Shown: positions 1 to 10,961 of the stretch, piece after piece | How positions within the stretch are numbered: position 1 is the first letter of the stretch | How the letters are laid out: each line of letters starts with the position of its first letter | Source of the DNA: Methanomassiliicoccaceae archaeon UBA328 | Lineage (GTDB): Archaea; Thermoplasmatota; Thermoplasmata; Methanomassiliicoccales; Methanomethylophilaceae | NCBI GenBank assembly: GCA_002506905.1 | Contig: DAYM01000004.1 | Location: forward strand, 16,147-80,146 | Length of the DNA: 64,000 bases | Direction: 5' to 3' | Translations under genes and position numbers: made by a program | Notes under the pieces: generated by a model | What the model was told of the DNA's origin: nothing | Databases searched by the model: none | Seen by the model: only the letters and a program-made list of their open reading frames with translations

Positions 1-9
1 AGGGCAACG

Positions 10-2073
10 ATGAGAAAGTATCTGTCCTCGGAAACAAGGAGGACGGTATACGAGTCGATCGAGCAGGGAGTCACATTGGACAACTCCGTTGCGGAACATG
101 TCGCAACAGGTATGAAGCGCTGGGCGATGGACATGGGCGCTACCCATTACACCCATTGGTTCCAGCCTCTCACCGGAGGTACTGCGGAGAAGCACGACTC
201 GTTCGCGGAACCCCGCGGACAGGGAGAATCTCTGGAGAACTTCAGCGGAAAACTGCTTTGCCAGCAGGAACCGGACGCATCGTCCTTCCCCAGCGGAGGC
301 CTCAGGAACACATTCGAGGCAAGGGGATACACGGCATGGGATCCGTCATCGCCTGCATTCATCATGGGAGACTGTCTGTGCATTCCGACAGTATTCATAT
401 CATACACCGGAGAGGCCCTCGATTACAAGACGCCTCTTCTGAAATCGGTCAGGGCAGTGACCGCGGCAGCGGCAGATGTGCTGGAATACTTCGGCATCAA
501 GAACGCCGTCGTCCACTCCTATCTCGGATGGGAACAGGAGTACTTCCTCGTGGATTCGAGCCTGTACGCCCAGCGCCCGGACCTGATACTTACGGACCGT
601 ACCCTCCAGGGTCACAGCAGTTCCAAATCGCAGCAGCTCGACGACCACTACTTCGGGGCCATCCCGTCCAGGGCAATGGCATTCATGAGGGATCTGGAGT
701 ACGAAAGTTACAAGCTCGGAATACCGATCAAGACAAGGCACAACGAGGTCGCGCCCAACCAGTTCGAGCTCGCACCCGTGTACGAAGAGGTCAACCTGGC
801 CAACGATCACAACCTGCTCCTCATGTCTCTGATGAAGCAGGTGGCCGAACGTCACGGATTCAGGGTCCTTCTGCACGAGAAGCCCTTCGGACACGTGAAC
901 GGATCCGGAAAGCACTGCAACTGGTCCCTCGGTACCGAGGACGGCATCGGATTGATGTCGCCCGGAAAGACCGATGAGGAGAACCTCAGGTTCCTGGCAT
1001 TCATGGCCAACGTGCTGAAGGCTGTGTACGACAACAACGCACTGCTCAAGGCCTCCATCATGACAGCCACCAACGCCCACAGGCTCGGTGCCAACGAAGC
1101 GCCTCCGGCGATAATCTCGTCCTTCCTCGGAAGGCAGGTAAGCGAAGCTTTCGAAGATCTCCTGAAGTCGAAGGACATGGTCAAGATCCGCGGAAAGAAG
1201 GGTTACAGCCTCGGTATCCCCCAGGTGCCCGAACTTCTGGTGGACAACACCGACAGGAACAGGACATCGCCTTTCGCATTCACCGGAAACAGGTTCGAAT
1301 TCAGGGCCGTCGGTTCCTCGGCGAACTGCGCATCCCCGATGACCGTTCTGAACACCATCGTAGCGTACCAGCTCAAGCAGTTCAAGAAAGAGGTCGACAA
1401 GAAGATCGAGGCCGGAACACCTATCATGCAGGCCGTGCTGGACGAGACCCGTGCCACATACAAGGCATGCAAGAACGTCTGCTTCGACGGAAACGGCTAT
1501 TCCGATGAATGGAAGGCCGAGGCCAAGAAGCGCGGACTCGACTGCGAGTCATCCGTTCCCCTGTCATACGATGTCTGCACCTCGAAGAAGACCGTGGCCA
1601 TCTACAAGGACACATCCGTCCTCACCGAAGTGGAACTCAAGGCAAGGAACGAGGTCCGCTGGGAGATCTACGGTAAGAAGGTCGGTATCGAGGCCAGGAC
1701 GATCAGCGATATGACGCTGAACCATCTGATCCCGGTAGCGATAGAATACCAGACCGCATTGCTGGACAACGTCTTCAAGGTGAAGGAGCTGTTCCCCAAG
1801 TCCGAATGGGACGCACTCGCAGGCGACGAGATCAGGCAGATCAGGACGATCTCCGAGCACACATGCGCAGCAAGGGCGCTTGCCAAGCAGGCGGACGATC
1901 TATGCGATGAACTCAAGACCATCGAGGACGCACGCGAACAGGCGATCAGATACCACGATGATGTGGTCCCGTGCATTGACGGCATGAGGGAGCATCTGGA
2001 TGCTCTCGAGATGATCGTCGACGATCAGATGTGGCCCATGCCCAAGTACAGGGAGCTCCTGTTCATCAGCTGA
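10..2073 (+). CDS. glnN: Glutamine synthetase, type III
   Basis: 687-aa ORF, ATG at 10, TGA stop. Motifs GATHYTHWFQPLTG, HNEVAPNQFELAP and NGSGKHCNWS, plus the length, fit the long GSIII family rather than the ~450-aa GSI. Confidence 0.85.
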   Translation: MRKYLSSETRRTVYESIEQGVTLDNSVAEHVATGMKRWAMDMGATHYTHWFQPLTGGTAEKHDSFAEPRGQGESLENFSGKLLCQQEPDASSFPSGGLRNTFEARGYTAWDPSSPAFIMGDCLCIPTVFISYTGEALDYKTPLLKSVRAVTAAAADVLEYFGIKNAVVHSYLGWEQEYFLVDSSLYAQRPDLILTDRTLQGHSSSKSQQLDDHYFGAIPSRAMAFMRDLEYESYKLGIPIKTRHNEVAPNQFELAPVYEEVNLANDHNLLLMSLMKQVAERHGFRVLLHEKPFGHVNGSGKHCNWSLGTEDGIGLMSPGKTDEENLRFLAFMANVLKAVYDNNALLKASIMTATNAHRLGANEAPPAIISSFLGRQVSEAFEDLLKSKDMVKIRGKKGYSLGIPQVPELLVDNTDRNRTSPFAFTGNRFEFRAVGSSANCASPMTVLNTIVAYQLKQFKKEVDKKIEAGTPIMQAVLDETRATYKACKNVCFDGNGYSDEWKAEAKKRGLDCESSVPLSYDVCTSKKTVAIYKDTSVLTEVELKARNEVRWEIYGKKVGIEARTISDMTLNHLIPVAIEYQTALLDNVFKVKELFPKSEWDALAGDEIRQIRTISEHTCAARALAKQADDLCDELKTIEDAREQAIRYHDDVVPCIDGMREHLDALEMIVDDQMWPMPKYRELLFIS

Positions 2074-2082
2074 GGTCGTCGC

Positions 2083-5000
2083 ATGAACGGTGCCTTGGAC
2101 CTCTATGACCCGTCATACGAGCAGGACTCATGCGGAGTGGGCCTTGCGGTCAATATCAGCGGAGTCAGGGACCACAGGATAGTCGAGTACGGACTCAGGA
2201 TCCTGGAGAACATGGCACACCGCGGTGCGGAGAACGCCGACGGAAAGACCGGAGACGGTACCGGGATAACGGTCCAGATACCGCACGACTTCATCAAAAC
2301 ACTTGATATTCAGGTCCCCGAGGCCGGCAGGTACGGCACGGGGATTATTTTCTTACCCCGCGGAGACAGTGACAGAAAGGTCTGTCTTTCCATCCTCAGG
2401 GAGGAATGCGCACGTTACGGACTGTATGAGATAGCCCTAGGGATGTCTCCGTCGATCACGAGATCCCCGGGCCTCTGGCACTTGCCGCCGAACCTGTGAC
2501 AGAGCAGATATTCCTCACAAGCTACGACGGTCAGGATACCCTGGAGCACAAGCTTTACGCGGTCAGGAAGAGGGCCGCCAACAGGATCGCGGCCTCCGAT
2601 ATGGAAGGAAAGGACGATTTCTACATCTGCAGTCTTTCGACCCGCACGATCACATACAAGGGAATGCTGACCCCGCTTCAGATCGGGTCTACTACAAGGA
2701 CCTGACCGATCCGATGTTCAGGTCGTCCATAGCGATGGTCCATTCCAGATTCAGCACCAATACCATGCCCAAGTGGAAGCTGGCACAGCCTTTCCGCATG
2801 TTATGTCACAACGGCGAGATCAACACGATCAAGGGCAACAGGTAATGGATGAAGGCAAGGGAGAGCTTTCTGGAGACGCCCGAGCTTCCCGATCTGAAGG
2901 AACTGTTCCCGATAATGCAGGACGGCATGAGCGACAGTGCGACATTGGACAACGTCTTCGAATTCCTGACAATGGCGGGAATGAGCATGCCGAACGTCCT
3001 TTCGGTCCTGATCCCGGAATCTTGGAACAACAAGAACCCGATCCCGGACAGTCTGAAGGTGTATTACGAGTACAACAGCATCCTGATGGAGCCCTGGACG
3101 CTCCGGCCACCGTGCTTTTCACGGACGGAAGATACGCCGGCGGTATGCTGGACAGGAACGGCCTCCGTCCTGCCAGATATTCGATGACCAAGGACGGTAT
3201 TATGATACTGGCCTCGGAATCCGGCGTCATTCAGATCCCGGACGACGATCTGGAGGAATCCGGACGTCTGATGCCCGGAAAGATGATGCTGATCGATACG
3301 CAGGAAGGCAGGGTGATCTACGACCGCGAGATCAAGGACGGTTTCGCCAATGCCTATCCTTACAGGGATTGGCTCGACCGCAACCGTTTGGAATTGGACG
3401 AGGTGTCCTCCGGAAGGACGGTAGGACGTTCCGTTGAGAATATGGATGCCATGCTCAGGGAGTTCGGATACACTCAGGAGGATACTTCGAGGATAATCCT
3501 GCCGATGATGACGCAGGCCAAGGAACCTACCGGTTCGACCGGTTCGGACGTTCCTCTGGCTATATTGTCCGAGAATCCCCAGAGGCTGTTCGGTTTCTTC
3601 AGGCAGTCATTCGCCCAGGTCACCAATCCGCCCATCGATCCGATAAGGGAGGAGCTGGTGATGTCCCTGACGGGATACATCGGTTCGATCCATCAGAACA
3701 TCCTGAGTCCGAGTCCCGCCAACTGCAGGATAGTCAAGGTCAGGCACCCGATCATCACCAACAGGGAACTGGACCTTCTGAAGAATCTCAGGTACAGAGG
3801 ATTCAACACGGTGTCCATCTCCATGACGTTCAGCGTTGCGGACGGTCCGGAAGGGCTGGAGAAGGCGCTGACAAGGATATGCCACGAGGCGGAAGCGGCC
3901 GTCGACAACGGCGGTTCTTACATCATACTCTCGGACAGGTCGGTGGACAGGGACCATGCCGCGATACCTTCGGTGCTCGCGGTCTCCGCGGTCCATCAGT
4001 ATCTGGTCCACAACAAGAAGCGTGTCCAGACCGGCATCATCGTGGAATCCGGAGAGCCAAGGGAGGTAATGCACATCGCGCTGCTGTTCGGATACGGCGC
4101 CAATGTGGTCAATCCGTACATGTCCTATGCGCTCATCGAGAAGATGGTCGCGGAGCAGGACGATATCAAGACCGATGTCGATACCGCGGAACACAATTAC
4201 ATAAAGGCCCTGGAGAAGGGTCTTCTCAAGATCATGTCCAAGATGGGCATAGCGACCATCAGGTCATACCGCGGTTCGAGATTATTCGAGGCCGTAGGAT
4301 TGGATAATGAGGTATGTGCCAGATACTTTGCGCATACCGTTTCCAACATCGGAGGTCTGAAGCTCGGGGACATAGCTTCCGAGGCCCTTGCGACACACAG
4401 GGAGGCATTCGAGAGCGATGAGGATCCCCTTGCTTCGGACAGGGGGATATACGGTTACAGGAAGGGCGGGGAGAAGCATGCCTGGAATCCCGATACGGTG
4501 AAGGCGCTCCATCTCGCGGTCAGGGAGAACGACGGGGAGGCCTACAGGTACTTCGCCGAGACCGAGGATTCCGGACAGTTCTTCATACGCAGTCTGATGG
4601 ATGTCAAGAAGGGCAGGAGCATACCTCTGAAGGAGGTGGAATCCGCCGACAGCATCATCAGGAGGTTCGTCGCAGAGGGAATATCGTTCGGTGCGATCAG
4701 CATCGAGGCCCATACCACTTTGGCGGATGCCATGAACAGGATGGGGGCCATGAGCAACTGCGGTGAGGGCGGAGAGGCCTCCTGGAGGTTCAGGCCCAAG
4801 GACGGCAGGAACCTGAATTCCAAGGTCAAGCAGGTCGCTTCCGCAAGATTCGGCGTCACTGCAGAGTATCTGGTGAGCGCCGAGGAGATACAGATCAAGG
4901 TCGCCCAGGGCGCCAAGCCCGGTGAGGGCGGTCAGCTCATGGGATTCAAGGTGGACGATGTCATTGCTTCTACGAGACATTGCATTCCGGGGATCACGCT

Positions 5001-6495
5001 GATCTCGCCTCCCCCGCATCACAATCTCTACTCGATAGAGGACCTGAAGCAGCTGATCTTCGACCTCAAGTGCGTGAACCCCGCCGCAAGGATAAGCGTG
5101 AAGCTGGTATCCGAGGCAGGGGTCGGTACCGTGGCCGCGGGTGTGGCAAAGGCCGGTGCGGACGTGATCCTGATATCCGGTGCCGACGGAGGTACCGGCG
5201 CGAGTCCGCTGTCCTCTATCAGATATGCGGGAATGCCCTGGGAGCTCGGTGTCGCGGAAGCGCAGCAGACGCTGATGATCAACGGGCTGAGAGGCAGGGT
5301 CAGATTACAGGCGGACGGTCAGCTGAAGACCGGCAGGGACGTCATCATATCGGCTCTCCTGGGAGCAGAGGAATACGGTTTCGCCACGGCACCGATGGTG
5401 GCGATGGGCTGCATCATGTGCCGCAAGTGCCAGACCAATACATGTCCTGTGGGAATAGCCACTCAGGACCCTGCGAAGCGCTCCAAGTTCAGGGGAACCC
5501 CCGAGAATGTCATGAACTACTTCAGATTCGTCGCGGAGGATGTCAGGACGCAGCTGGCCCAGATGGGATTCAGGTCCCTGGACGAGATAATCGGCCGCGC
5601 GGACCTGATCGTCCGTAAGCCCGCTGCAGGAAGGAGATCGGACCTGGCCGACATCAGCGGTCTGATCGCAATGCCCGAAGGCGACAGGACATACAGGGAC
5701 GGACAGCCGGACATACTCGGAGAGGTCCTCGACAAGAAGATGATCAAGGATGCGAACATCGCGATGGATGCGGGAGATTCGGTGAAGCTCGAGTACGGCA
5801 TCTGCAACGTCGACCGTTCGGTCGGAGCAATGCTCTCGGGAGAGGTCACGAAGAGAGGTCTGGCACTCAAGGACAATGCCATACAAATATCGTTCAAGGG
5901 AACGGCCGGACAGAGCTTCGGGGCATTCCTTTCCAAGGGTATGACGTTCTATCTCAACGGTCAGGCCAACGACTTCGTCGGAAAGGGCCTTTCCGGAGGG
6001 AGATTGGCGGTATATCATTCCGGCCATGTTCCCAGATGCAACGTGATCGCGGGGAACACGGTATTATACGGGGCCACATCGGGAGAGGCGTACATTGCCG
6101 GTTCTGTCGGTGAGAGGTTCTGCGTACGTAACAGCGGTGCCGTTGCCGTGGCCGAAGGGGCCGGCGACCATTGCTGCGAGTACATGACAGGCGGCCGCGT
6201 GGTGATACTCGGCAAGGTCGGAAGGAACTTCGCTGCGGGAATGTCCGCCGGAATAGCGTACGTTATCAACGACGACGGGGATCTGGACCGTCACTGCAAC
6301 ATGGGAATGGTAGAATTGCTTCCGATGGATTCCGCCGCGGACAGGAACGAGCTCAGAGGTATCCTGGAAGATCATCTGAAGTATACCGGCAGCGAGAAGG
6401 CCAAGGCCATATTGGACGATTGGGAGAACAGCGTTACCCGCTTCCTGAAGATCATCCCGATAGAATACGAGAAGATCCTGCATTCGAAGGATTAA
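2083..6495 (+). pseudogene. gltB: Glutamate synthase large subunit (fused amidotransferase-FMN-GXGXG type), disrupted in the N-terminal domain
   Basis: Joining the + frames gives a ~1470-aa GltB: MNGALDLYDPSYEQDSCGVGL (Ntn amidotransferase start), [99 protein letters not shown], then an uninterrupted frame to TAA at 6495. The frame changes near 2440, 2685 and 3097, and there is an in-frame TAA at 2843..2845. Confidence 0.85.
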
Positions 6496-6986
6496 GCGTT
6501 CTTGATGACGATCTTCTCTGCGGTGTAGCCCTTCAGGTCGGCACCGCAGTTTTGACATACGTCTCCGCTGGAAGACGAACCGCACTTGGGGCACTGGACA
6601 GTGAATTTCAGGCCTTCCAGTGTGAACGATCCCGGAGATACGGGCGCAGTATCCGCGCTGCTTACGGGCATCTCTTCCGGAGTATCGATCTCCGTCTCGG
6701 CCATGATAGGTTCCTGTGCTGCTTCTTCAGCAGGTGTTTCCGACGGTACAGGTTCTGTTACGGGCATCTCAACGGCAGATGCTTCGGCAGGTGCCGTCTC
6801 TTCGATCTCGTAGGAGCCTTCCGTCGGCTCATTCGCACCCGATTTCTTATCCTTGAGTTTCTGGGCGGCATATGCTCCCGCGCCCACGATCTTCTTGCCG
6901 CCTTTGAGGGCGAGTTTGGCGAGTACCAAGTCGTTGTCGTTGGACGATGTCATTTCCTTGAGCACTTTCTTCCATGTTCCTGCCAT
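6492..6986 (-). CDS. Hypothetical protein with acidic/Pro-rich linker and C-terminal zinc ribbon
   Basis: 164-aa ORF. C-terminal CPKCGSSSSGDVCQNCG four-Cys motif. The 3' end overlaps gltB convergently by 4 nt. Confidence 0.5.
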   Translation of the reverse strand: MAGTWKKVLKEMTSSNDNDLVLAKLALKGGKKIVGAGAYAAQKLKDKKSGANEPTEGSYEIEETAPAEASAVEMPVTEPVPSETPAEEAAQEPIMAETEIDTPEEMPVSSADTAPVSPGSFTLEGLKFTVQCPKCGSSSSGDVCQNCGADLKGYTAEKIVIKNA

Positions 6987-7126
6987 ATCAATAAAAACGA
7001 GTTTCGTGATATATAAAACTAATCATATCATCTCATTTCCAGTGGAAACATAGGGGTAATAATACAATGATGAAGAGTATATTCTATCATAATTCACGAT
7101 ATTCATCGGAATATATGAACGAGGCC

Positions 7127-7480
7127 TTATTTTCTGTATTCCGTCGGTGTCATTTTGAGTCCTACGACTCCCGCAATGACGATGGCCAGGCAGATCGCCA
7201 TACCTATGGAGACGGTCTCCAATCCGAGAAGTGCCGAAGCTATGACAGTACATACGACGCCTATGCCGATCCAGACCGCATACGCCGTTGTGAACGATAC
7301 TCCCAAACGAATGGGGTACTCCAAACAGACCATGCTGAAGAAGAGGAATATTATCGTAATGATGTCCCAAACGATATTCGTGAAACTGTCGGTGTAATCA
7401 AGACCGACGGCCCATCCGACCTGCAGGAATCCGCCCAATACCAGAAGTATCCATGCAAATGCAAGCGATTTCTTGTTCAT
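7127..7480 (-). CDS. Small multidrug resistance (SMR) family protein, partner B (Gln at the TM1 Glu position)
   Basis: 117 aa with four hydrophobic segments. TM1 reads GGFLQVGWAVGL. Overlaps the upstream SMR gene by 4 nt. Confidence 0.7.
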   Translation of the reverse strand: MNKKSLAFAWILLVLGGFLQVGWAVGLDYTDSFTNIVWDIITIIFLFFSMVCLEYPIRLGVSFTTAYAVWIGIGVVCTVIASALLGLETVSIGMAICLAIVIAGVVGLKMTPTEYRK

Positions 7481-7809
7481 ATGATACCTCCGGATACGAG
7501 TCTGACCCCTATGATCCCTATGACTATCATCGAGATGAACAGGATCCTTTTGGGCGTTATCTTCTCTTTATAGATGAAGTGGCCTGCGATCACGATACCG
7601 ACCGCACCGATGCCCGCAAGGATGGCGTATGCCACACCGGGTCCTATTTCGGCCACGGCTAGTGATAAAAGGTAGAGACATAGCAAGACCAGAACTACCG
7701 CAGCGATCCCCCAACCTAGCTTTTTGAAGTTCTCTGATTTGTCCAGACATATGACCCAACAGGGCTCGATGATGCTGGCCAAGATCAGGTATATCCATGC
7801 CATGTCCAT
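7477..7809 (-). CDS. Small multidrug resistance (SMR) family protein, partner A
   Basis: 110 aa with four hydrophobic segments. TM1 reads LILASIIEPCWVICL, carrying the membrane-embedded Glu typical of EmrE/SugE-type proteins. Confidence 0.75.
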   Translation of the reverse strand: MDMAWIYLILASIIEPCWVICLDKSENFKKLGWGIAAVVLVLLCLYLLSLAVAEIGPGVAYAILAGIGAVGIVIAGHFIYKEKITPKRILFISMIVIGIIGVRLVSGGII

Positions 7810-7943
7810 GCAATGGATATATTATCATCACATTATTAATGTATTTGGAAAGGTTTATAAACATCGGATGCAACGATTAGTACATAGGGATAAGCTATTA
7901 ATAATAGAATAGTGAGGCTTTGCCCCAAAAAAGGAAATTGTAT

Positions 7944-8408
7944 TTAACCGAACATGGGGTCGGGAATGTTCGTGTTCACGGGGATGATCCTTTTCAGATC
8001 GCCGTCGTGCTCATCAACAGTCTGCACTACCATAGAGACCAGCGAGAGGACGAGCTCCTCCGAGGGTCTTGCATTGATGTAGATGTATCCGTATTTGAAA
8101 AGGAGCCAACCGGATTCGGGATCCAACATGAACGAGCCGAACCTCAGAGAGTTGTTCAGCATGTTAAGTTGGGTGAGGACATCGTTGTAGCTGCTCATGG
8201 GTGCTTCGAATGCGAGTTTGCATCTGAAATCCACCGATGATGACGCATCGTCTATGGTGATTATGAGCGATATCGGAAGGTCGTCGCCGTTGAATACAGA
8301 ATAAATCTGAAGCGCCGTTTCGTCTGCTTTGCATTTGATATCTTTGAAATCGAATGCTTTGCAAACGGTCCTGAAAACATCTTTGCCATTCTTAGCTTTG
8401 GCGAACAT
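7944..8408 (-). CDS. Hypothetical protein, possibly YbjN-like
   Basis: 154-aa ORF. The similarity to YbjN-type proteins is recalled from memory and is not motif-proven. Confidence 0.35.
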   Translation of the reverse strand: MFAKAKNGKDVFRTVCKAFDFKDIKCKADETALQIYSVFNGDDLPISLIITIDDASSSVDFRCKLAFEAPMSSYNDVLTQLNMLNNSLRFGSFMLDPESGWLLFKYGYIYINARPSEELVLSLVSMVVQTVDEHDGDLKRIIPVNTNIPDPMFG

Positions 8409-8605
8409 AATCAGTGATTGATTTAATCATAGTTAGGAGTAATGGGAGTCTCTGTCCAGCCGATCCGCGGGCAGAGGCAGGGCAATGTGTTTCAGACAGG
8501 GGTGAATCCGATCCTCTCGGACGATGCCGCGACCGCAGCCGTCATGTCACTTCATGTCCAGATGATCGGATGACGTTTTACACATAACAGGACAGTAGGA
8601 GTTAG

Positions 8606-8613
8606 GTATATAT
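8606..8613 (+). promoter_or_regulatory. Candidate archaeal TATA box for the thermosome gene
   Basis: TATATATA about 70 nt upstream of the ATG at 8680, in a non-coding AT-rich stretch, with GGAGG at 8669..8673 before the start codon. Confidence 0.3.
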
Positions 8614-8679
8614 AGAAGAACAAACTATAACCCACTCAGACTCCACTTAATAGTGTGGAAAATACTCGGAGGAATACAA

Positions 8680-10308
8680 ATGGGAATGGGCAACGCTCCT
8701 GTTATCATACTCAGGCAAGGAACAAAAAGAGAAAAGGGAAAAGATGCGCAGATGAACAACATCACTGCAGCAAGGACGATCGCTGACGCCGTAAGGAGCA
8801 GCCTCGGACCCAGAGGAATGGACAAAATGCTCGTGGACAGCATGGGTGACGTCGTCATCACAAACGACGGTGTGACCATCCTCAAAGAGATGGACGTACA
8901 GCACCCTGCAGCAAAGATGCTGGTCGAGGTCGCAAAGACCCAGGATGCAGAGGTCGGAGACGGAACAACAACATCCGTCATCCTCGCCGGTGAGCTTCTC
9001 AAGAAAGCGACCGACATGATCGACGCAAACGTCCACCCTACCATCATCACGGCAGGATACAGGCTTGCCAACGACAAGGCCCAGGAGGTCCTCAAGAAGG
9101 TCTCCAAGAAGGTCTCGATCAATGACGACAAACTTCTGAACCAGATCGCTCAGACAGCAATGATCAGCAAGCAGGTCAACTCATCCAAAGACTACTTCTC
9201 GAAGATGGTCGTTGAAGCAGTGAAGACCATTGTCGACAAGACAGACGACGGAAAATACTTCGCAAACCTGAAGAACATTCAGACCGTCAAAAAGGCCGGA
9301 GCCAACATGGAAGAGAGCGAGATGATCAAGGGATTGATCATCGACAAGGAACCTGTCTCCGATGCTATGCCCAAGAAGGTCAAGAACGCAAAGATCGCTC
9401 TGATCGACGCGGCATTCGAGGTCAAGAAGACCGAGATCGACGCAAAGATCCAGATCACAGACCCCGGACAGCTCAACGCATTCATCCAGGAAGAGGAGCG
9501 CATGCTGAAAGAGATGGTCGAGAATGTCAAGAAAGCAGGAGCGAACGTCGTCTTCTGTCAGAAAGGAATCGATGACCTCGCACAGCACTTCTTTGCAAAA
9601 GAGGGAATCTACGCATGCAGGCGTGTCAAGAAATCCGATATGGAGAGACTCGGCAGGTCCACAGGCGCAAGCATCCTGAACAAGATCACGGACATCACCG
9701 CTGCAGACCTCGGATTCGCGGAGAGCGTAGAGCTCAGGCGTGTCGAGGAAGAGGATATGACATTCGTTACCGGCTGCAAAGAGCCCAAGACAGTGTCCAT
9801 TCTCGTCAGGGGAGGAACAAAGCACGTGGCAGATGAGGTCGAGAGGTCGCTCGTCGACGCATGGTCTGTCGTCAAGGTCTCGATCGAGGACGGAATGCTC
9901 GTCACCGGCGGAGGATCCACGGCAATGGAGATCGCAATGCAGCTCAGGGACTATGCACAGTCCATCAGCGGCAGGGAGCAGATCGCTATCGAAGCGTTTG
10001 CATCCGCAATGGAGATCATCCCCTCTACACTTGCCGAGAACGCAGGTCTCGACCCGATCAACATCGTCATCGAGATGAGGAAGCAGCACAAGTCTGGAAA
10101 GATCTACGCCGGTCTGAACCCCTTCAGCGGAAAGGTCGAAGACATGATGAAACTCGATGTCATCGAGCCCTACAGGATCGGAAGACAGGCTATCAACTCC
10201 GCAACGGACGCAGCCGTCATGATTCTCAGGATCGACGATGTCATCGCTTCCAAGGCCAGCCCCACGCCCCAGTACGGCGATGGAATGCCCGGCGGAATGG
10301 ACGATTAA
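8680..10308 (+). CDS. ths: Thermosome subunit (group II chaperonin)
   Basis: N-terminus [76 protein letters not shown] chose the ATG at 8680 because it follows GGAGG; the ORF is open from a GTG at 8653. Confidence 0.95.
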   Translation: MGMGNAPVIILRQGTKREKGKDAQMNNITAARTIADAVRSSLGPRGMDKMLVDSMGDVVITNDGVTILKEMDVQHPAAKMLVEVAKTQDAEVGDGTTTSVILAGELLKKATDMIDANVHPTIITAGYRLANDKAQEVLKKVSKKVSINDDKLLNQIAQTAMISKQVNSSKDYFSKMVVEAVKTIVDKTDDGKYFANLKNIQTVKKAGANMEESEMIKGLIIDKEPVSDAMPKKVKNAKIALIDAAFEVKKTEIDAKIQITDPGQLNAFIQEEERMLKEMVENVKKAGANVVFCQKGIDDLAQHFFAKEGIYACRRVKKSDMERLGRSTGASILNKITDITAADLGFAESVELRRVEEEDMTFVTGCKEPKTVSILVRGGTKHVADEVERSLVDAWSVVKVSIEDGMLVTGGGSTAMEIAMQLRDYAQSISGREQIAIEAFASAMEIIPSTLAENAGLDPINIVIEMRKQHKSGKIYAGLNPFSGKVEDMMKLDVIEPYRIGRQAINSATDAAVMILRIDDVIASKASPTPQYGDGMPGGMDD

Positions 10309-10322
10309 ACCCAACAATAAAC

Positions 10323-10346
10323 GGGGGGTAAAACCCCCTTTACTTT
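10323..10346 (+). terminator. Hairpin plus T-rich tract after the thermosome gene
   Basis: GGGGG-TAAAA-CCCCC followed by TTTACTTT, 15 nt after the stop codon. Confidence 0.3.
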
Positions 10347-10375
10347 AAATACAGATCTGAACAGAGGCCACTCCT

Positions 10376-10945
10376 ATGACTGATAAGTCTAAAAAAAGGA
10401 CTGAAGAAAAACAGAAGGCGAAAGCGGATGCCAAGGGCGACGCGAAGGCAGAGACCGCCGTAAAGGACGATCTTGCCGAAGCTCAGGCCAAGGCCGAGGA
10501 ATATCTCAGCATGGCCAGAAGGCTGCAGGCAGACTTCGATAACTATCGCAAGAGAACTCAGAAGGAGAACGAGGAGTTCCGCAAGTACGCCAATGAAGGA
10601 ATGGTCAAGGAGCTGCTGTCGGTCATCGACGACATGGATCGCGCACTGGCAACGGCAAAAGAAGAGACCGACCTCGTGGTCGGTTTCAGGGGAGTGAGGA
10701 AGAACCTCATGAAGATGCTCGAGGAGAAAGGACTGAAGGAGATACCCGCTGAGGGCAAGTTCGATCCGGACCTCTACGAAGCAATGTGTACGGTAGAAGG
10801 CGACACCGACGGGCAGATCGCCCAGGTGTACCAGAAAGGGTACATGATAGACGGCCGCGTGATAAGATACGCGAAGGTCATCGTGACCAAAAAGAAAGAA
10901 GAACCTCAGGCAGCGCCTGAAAAAGAAAAAGAAGAAACAAATTAA
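10376..10945 (+). CDS. grpE: Nucleotide exchange factor GrpE
   Basis: 189 aa. Contains YLSMARRLQADFDNYRKRTQKE and GFRGV..KML..GL.EI, and sits immediately upstream of dnaK. Confidence 0.9.
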   Translation: MTDKSKKRTEEKQKAKADAKGDAKAETAVKDDLAEAQAKAEEYLSMARRLQADFDNYRKRTQKENEEFRKYANEGMVKELLSVIDDMDRALATAKEETDLVVGFRGVRKNLMKMLEEKGLKEIPAEGKFDPDLYEAMCTVEGDTDGQIAQVYQKGYMIDGRVIRYAKVIVTKKKEEPQAAPEKEKEETN

Positions 10946-10961
10946 GGAATGGTGAGCAAGT

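Noticed and set aside
8409-8652. GC-rich 244-nt intergenic stretch upstream of the thermosome gene as a possible small RNA (C/D box sRNA or similar)
   Set aside because: I could not find canonical C (RUGAUGA) and D (CUGA) box pairs or any convincing conserved structure. It may simply be the leader/promoter region.
9181-10317. 378-aa minus-strand ORF across the thermosome gene
   Set aside because: It lies entirely antisense to a gene with unmistakable chaperonin motifs. Its translation is low-complexity (D/L/C/H-rich) with no family features, the usual shadow ORF of a GC-rich coding region.
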